From contig JAYWIR010000030.1 of assembly GCA_036172245.1 (NCBI GenBank), forward strand, positions 1,178,001-1,242,000: a stretch of 64,000 bases of DNA, read 5' to 3'. Source of the DNA: Raillietiella orientalis. Lineage: Eukaryota. Below the pieces are notes generated by a model, which was not told the DNA's origin, searched no databases, and saw only the letters and a list, made by a program, of their open reading frames with translations. The translations under genes and the position numbers were made by a program. Positions 61,415-64,000 of this stretch are shown here, one piece after another; the stretch's first letter is position 1; every line of letters begins with the position of its first letter.

Positions 61415-62896
61415 GTAAGGCGCAGCTCATCCAGTGCTGAAAAAGCATCGCATTCGAGTTCGTGTTGAAAAAAAATCGCTAAAAGTCCCAAGTCTTTTCC
61501 CTAATGATCATGAAGAATAAAAAAGAAAAAGAAAAGAAAAGAAAACAAAAGAGACGGGTGGTAATTGGATTTATCTGCATCAGCGGAAGATCGTTGGAGA
61601 GCCACGAGGAACGAAAATGAATAACACGTGGTCTTCCGTAAAATTAATACATTTTTCCAGAAAATTTCTGAACCCGAAGGTTCCTCGGGAAGGAGTGGCT
61701 GCTTGGGAACTGCTCGTGGAAGGGATCAGCTCCGGCAGTCGAGGGAGCGCAAAATCGACGCTCCGGATCACCAGAGCTCCAGAAATTAAGAAAAAGGAAT
61801 TCCGTTTGAACTGTTATTCTTCATCAAGGGATAAAGTACTCAGAGTGCTGGGCTCGTAATTGCGCTTGCTGATGTAATTTCACTCGCATCCGTGCGCTCG
61901 TGTGTCGCTGCATTTTTCATCTTCATGAGAGCAGCCGATGGCGAATGCGCTTTCCTGTTTGATCAGGCCGCATTTATTAAGAACGTCCATACATCCCCCG
62001 ATTATGGTCTGCAAGTGACGAAACGGGAAAGAGACGGGGGAGTTTTGGGACGAAATTCGACCGGAAGGAGCGACGCGAAGACACCTTCCGGGAAACGGCT
62101 GCCATCATCCCGTTCGACGGCTTCCCGGCGGCGCGCGTGCGATCCGACTGCGATCTTCCGAACACCGCGTCCCAGCCACGTTGCTTGCCGCACACGATGA
62201 TTGATCCACACGGCGGTCGAGGCGTGCACAGATGTTTTGGGGTCTCGAGGAACAAAAACACTTGGGAGGAAGGGTGGAATTGCAGTTCCATTTTCCATTT
62301 GATTTTGGAAGACGCGATTCACATTTCCGACGAGGGAGGAAGTAGGGCCGGGAAAACGACCTCTCTGGAAGCAGGGAGCAGCACGAGTGAATCGTAGATT
62401 GAGCCATCAGGGAAGGGTGACGGTGTTTGGTCTCGCTCTCGCTTACGCAGTGGAGTGCTTTCTCATTTTGAAATTCTTCCCGTTCTCTTCCATCGGAGAA
62501 AGATGGGGCAAGTAATTGCATCCAGAGTACGTCAGCGAAATCTCATTGCTCTTATGAGAGGGAAACGCGACCGGACACTTTTGTTTCGTTGGGGGCAGAA
62601 TGGAACATCCGTCTTGGGCAGGAAATCCTCATTCCCTCGGTCTTCTGCCTCGACGGCAACTGTTCCGATGGAGGACACGAAGGGTGGGTGGGGCACAACC
62701 GAACCCGTTTCAAGCACAGCGTTGACTGCGCATCCATCAAAAGCATTCTTGGGACAGTCTTCTCCTTCCAGCGCATCCAGACAGTGCCCGAACGAGAGGA
62801 TTCGATTCCTCTCAAAGGCTACCAGCTTGAAGATCCGACTTTCCGAGGATTCGATCCGAGCACCCGAAAACGTGGTGTCGGGATGAAGAAACTTGG

Positions 62897-63661
62897 GTGC
62901 TCAACTTTGGTTGGTCGTTAGCATGCCTTCTTGCGGTGATTTCTGAGGGACGCGGTGCGTGCCTTGTGATGTGCAGGTGAATGCCCGAAGACACGCTCTC
63001 AAACCGTCCTCAGCGTTCGTTCGTGCACCACCACAGAGGAGGAGTGCCAAGCTCGGGTCACCAAGCCAAAGTCGAAGCTGAAGCCGCCAGCGGGTGAGCA
63101 CCGTTCCATTGCGGCGCCAGCTGAGAAGACGCGGAACCAATAACGGAAGGGCGTTGCGAGACACGTGGAATTTCGGCGGATTCCCGACATTCACGGCTTT
63201 TCGGGTGCCTCGAAAAGGCGACGGCGAAATCGGTAGAGACGTTCTCACGACGGGTATGCGAAAGCAAGCTGGAACAGAAGTTCCGTAGCTGCGGACCGAT
63301 CTTCTGATGCGATGGGAGTTCGATGGTTGCAGATTTAGGTCTAAGAGGTCCCATGTCTTACCGTTCCCCTTTGATTTTCAAGTCTTCTCTTAGTTTGCCT
63401 CTCCCTGCAAGAGCCAATCGCCACTTCTGCAAAAGAAGACGTGGATTCTCCAAACGGGCGTTCAATCCCGAGGACTGTCGTTTCGTAGTATTCCTGTGAC
63501 CTCCGTTTCATCTGAAATTTCACGGGAAGCCTAAGGAAACCAAAAAAAGAACCTTCGGGGAAATTTATCAGGAGACATCGCACGCTCTTCCCGGAATCTA
63601 AAATTCAGAAAGATCATCGGAAGTGCTCCTTTGGTTGGTCGTTAGCATGCTTTCTTGCGGT
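62897..63661. repeat. ~40-bp direct repeat pair (62897-62937 and 63623-63661)
   Basis: CTTTGGTTGGTCGTTAGCATGC(C/T)TTCTTGCGGT occurs twice, about 725 bp apart. Confidence 0.9.
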
Positions 63662-64000
63662 ATTCTTTCAGCTTCGGTGAAGATTTTGCCTACAGATATC
63701 CCTGCAGACAATGGAACTGATTAAGGAAAACTGCTTTCGGGCAAAACTCGCACAGCAGTAGCCATGTCCTTAATGCTATTCTGTGTCCTGGAATGCATTT
63801 CGCCGTTTATGCATGCTTTCTGTTGTTTTCCACAAGGAAACATGTCTTCGGCGAAGCAGCCAGGGAATAAATTCCCAGATTTCTTCCAAGTTTCGGATTA
63901 CCACGAGAGTCAGACCAGTATGGGGGAGATCCCTTTTTTGGTTCTGTGGTTGTGTGCACAACATGTTTCTCCAATCGCAGAGCATTCCACCTCGCTGTTA

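Overview
Eukaryotic (invertebrate, arthropod-like) GC-rich genomic DNA. I see no prokaryotic operon, CRISPR array or rRNA, and nearly all ORFs in the six-frame track are shadow ORFs or transposon relics. The one clear host gene is the 5' part of a glutamate-gated chloride channel (GluCl, Cys-loop family) on the + strand. Four phase-compatible GT-AG exons (CDS 52991-53067, 55761-55861, 57059-57129, 61345-61414) splice to MLQFLELSSTGTLLLVVLAFYTENIRCLNYRQKEREILDKVLSEMVYDRRIRPSGTNGSVNNPTIVKVNLMLRSISRIDDYKMEYSAQMTFREEWLDERLKFDDLG..., and the gene continues past the window. About 4-36 kb is a dense graveyard of decayed L1/Tx1-like LINEs, DIRS-like tyrosine-recombinase retroelements and a tRNA-headed SINE, mostly on the + strand. 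About 36-47 kb is a CpG-rich block with no recognisable transposon, likely the 5' regulatory region. The best lead is that the putative GluCl signal-peptide exon appears to lie inside the endonuclease region of a decayed LINE, read in another frame (possible exonisation). Other leads: a conserved non-poly(A) hairpin 3' end on the LINEs, a SINE family with a recurrent boundary motif, a 274-bp foldback element, and the orientation bias of the transposon cluster. All transposon domain calls are by-eye motif matches to degenerate sequence, with approximate boundaries.
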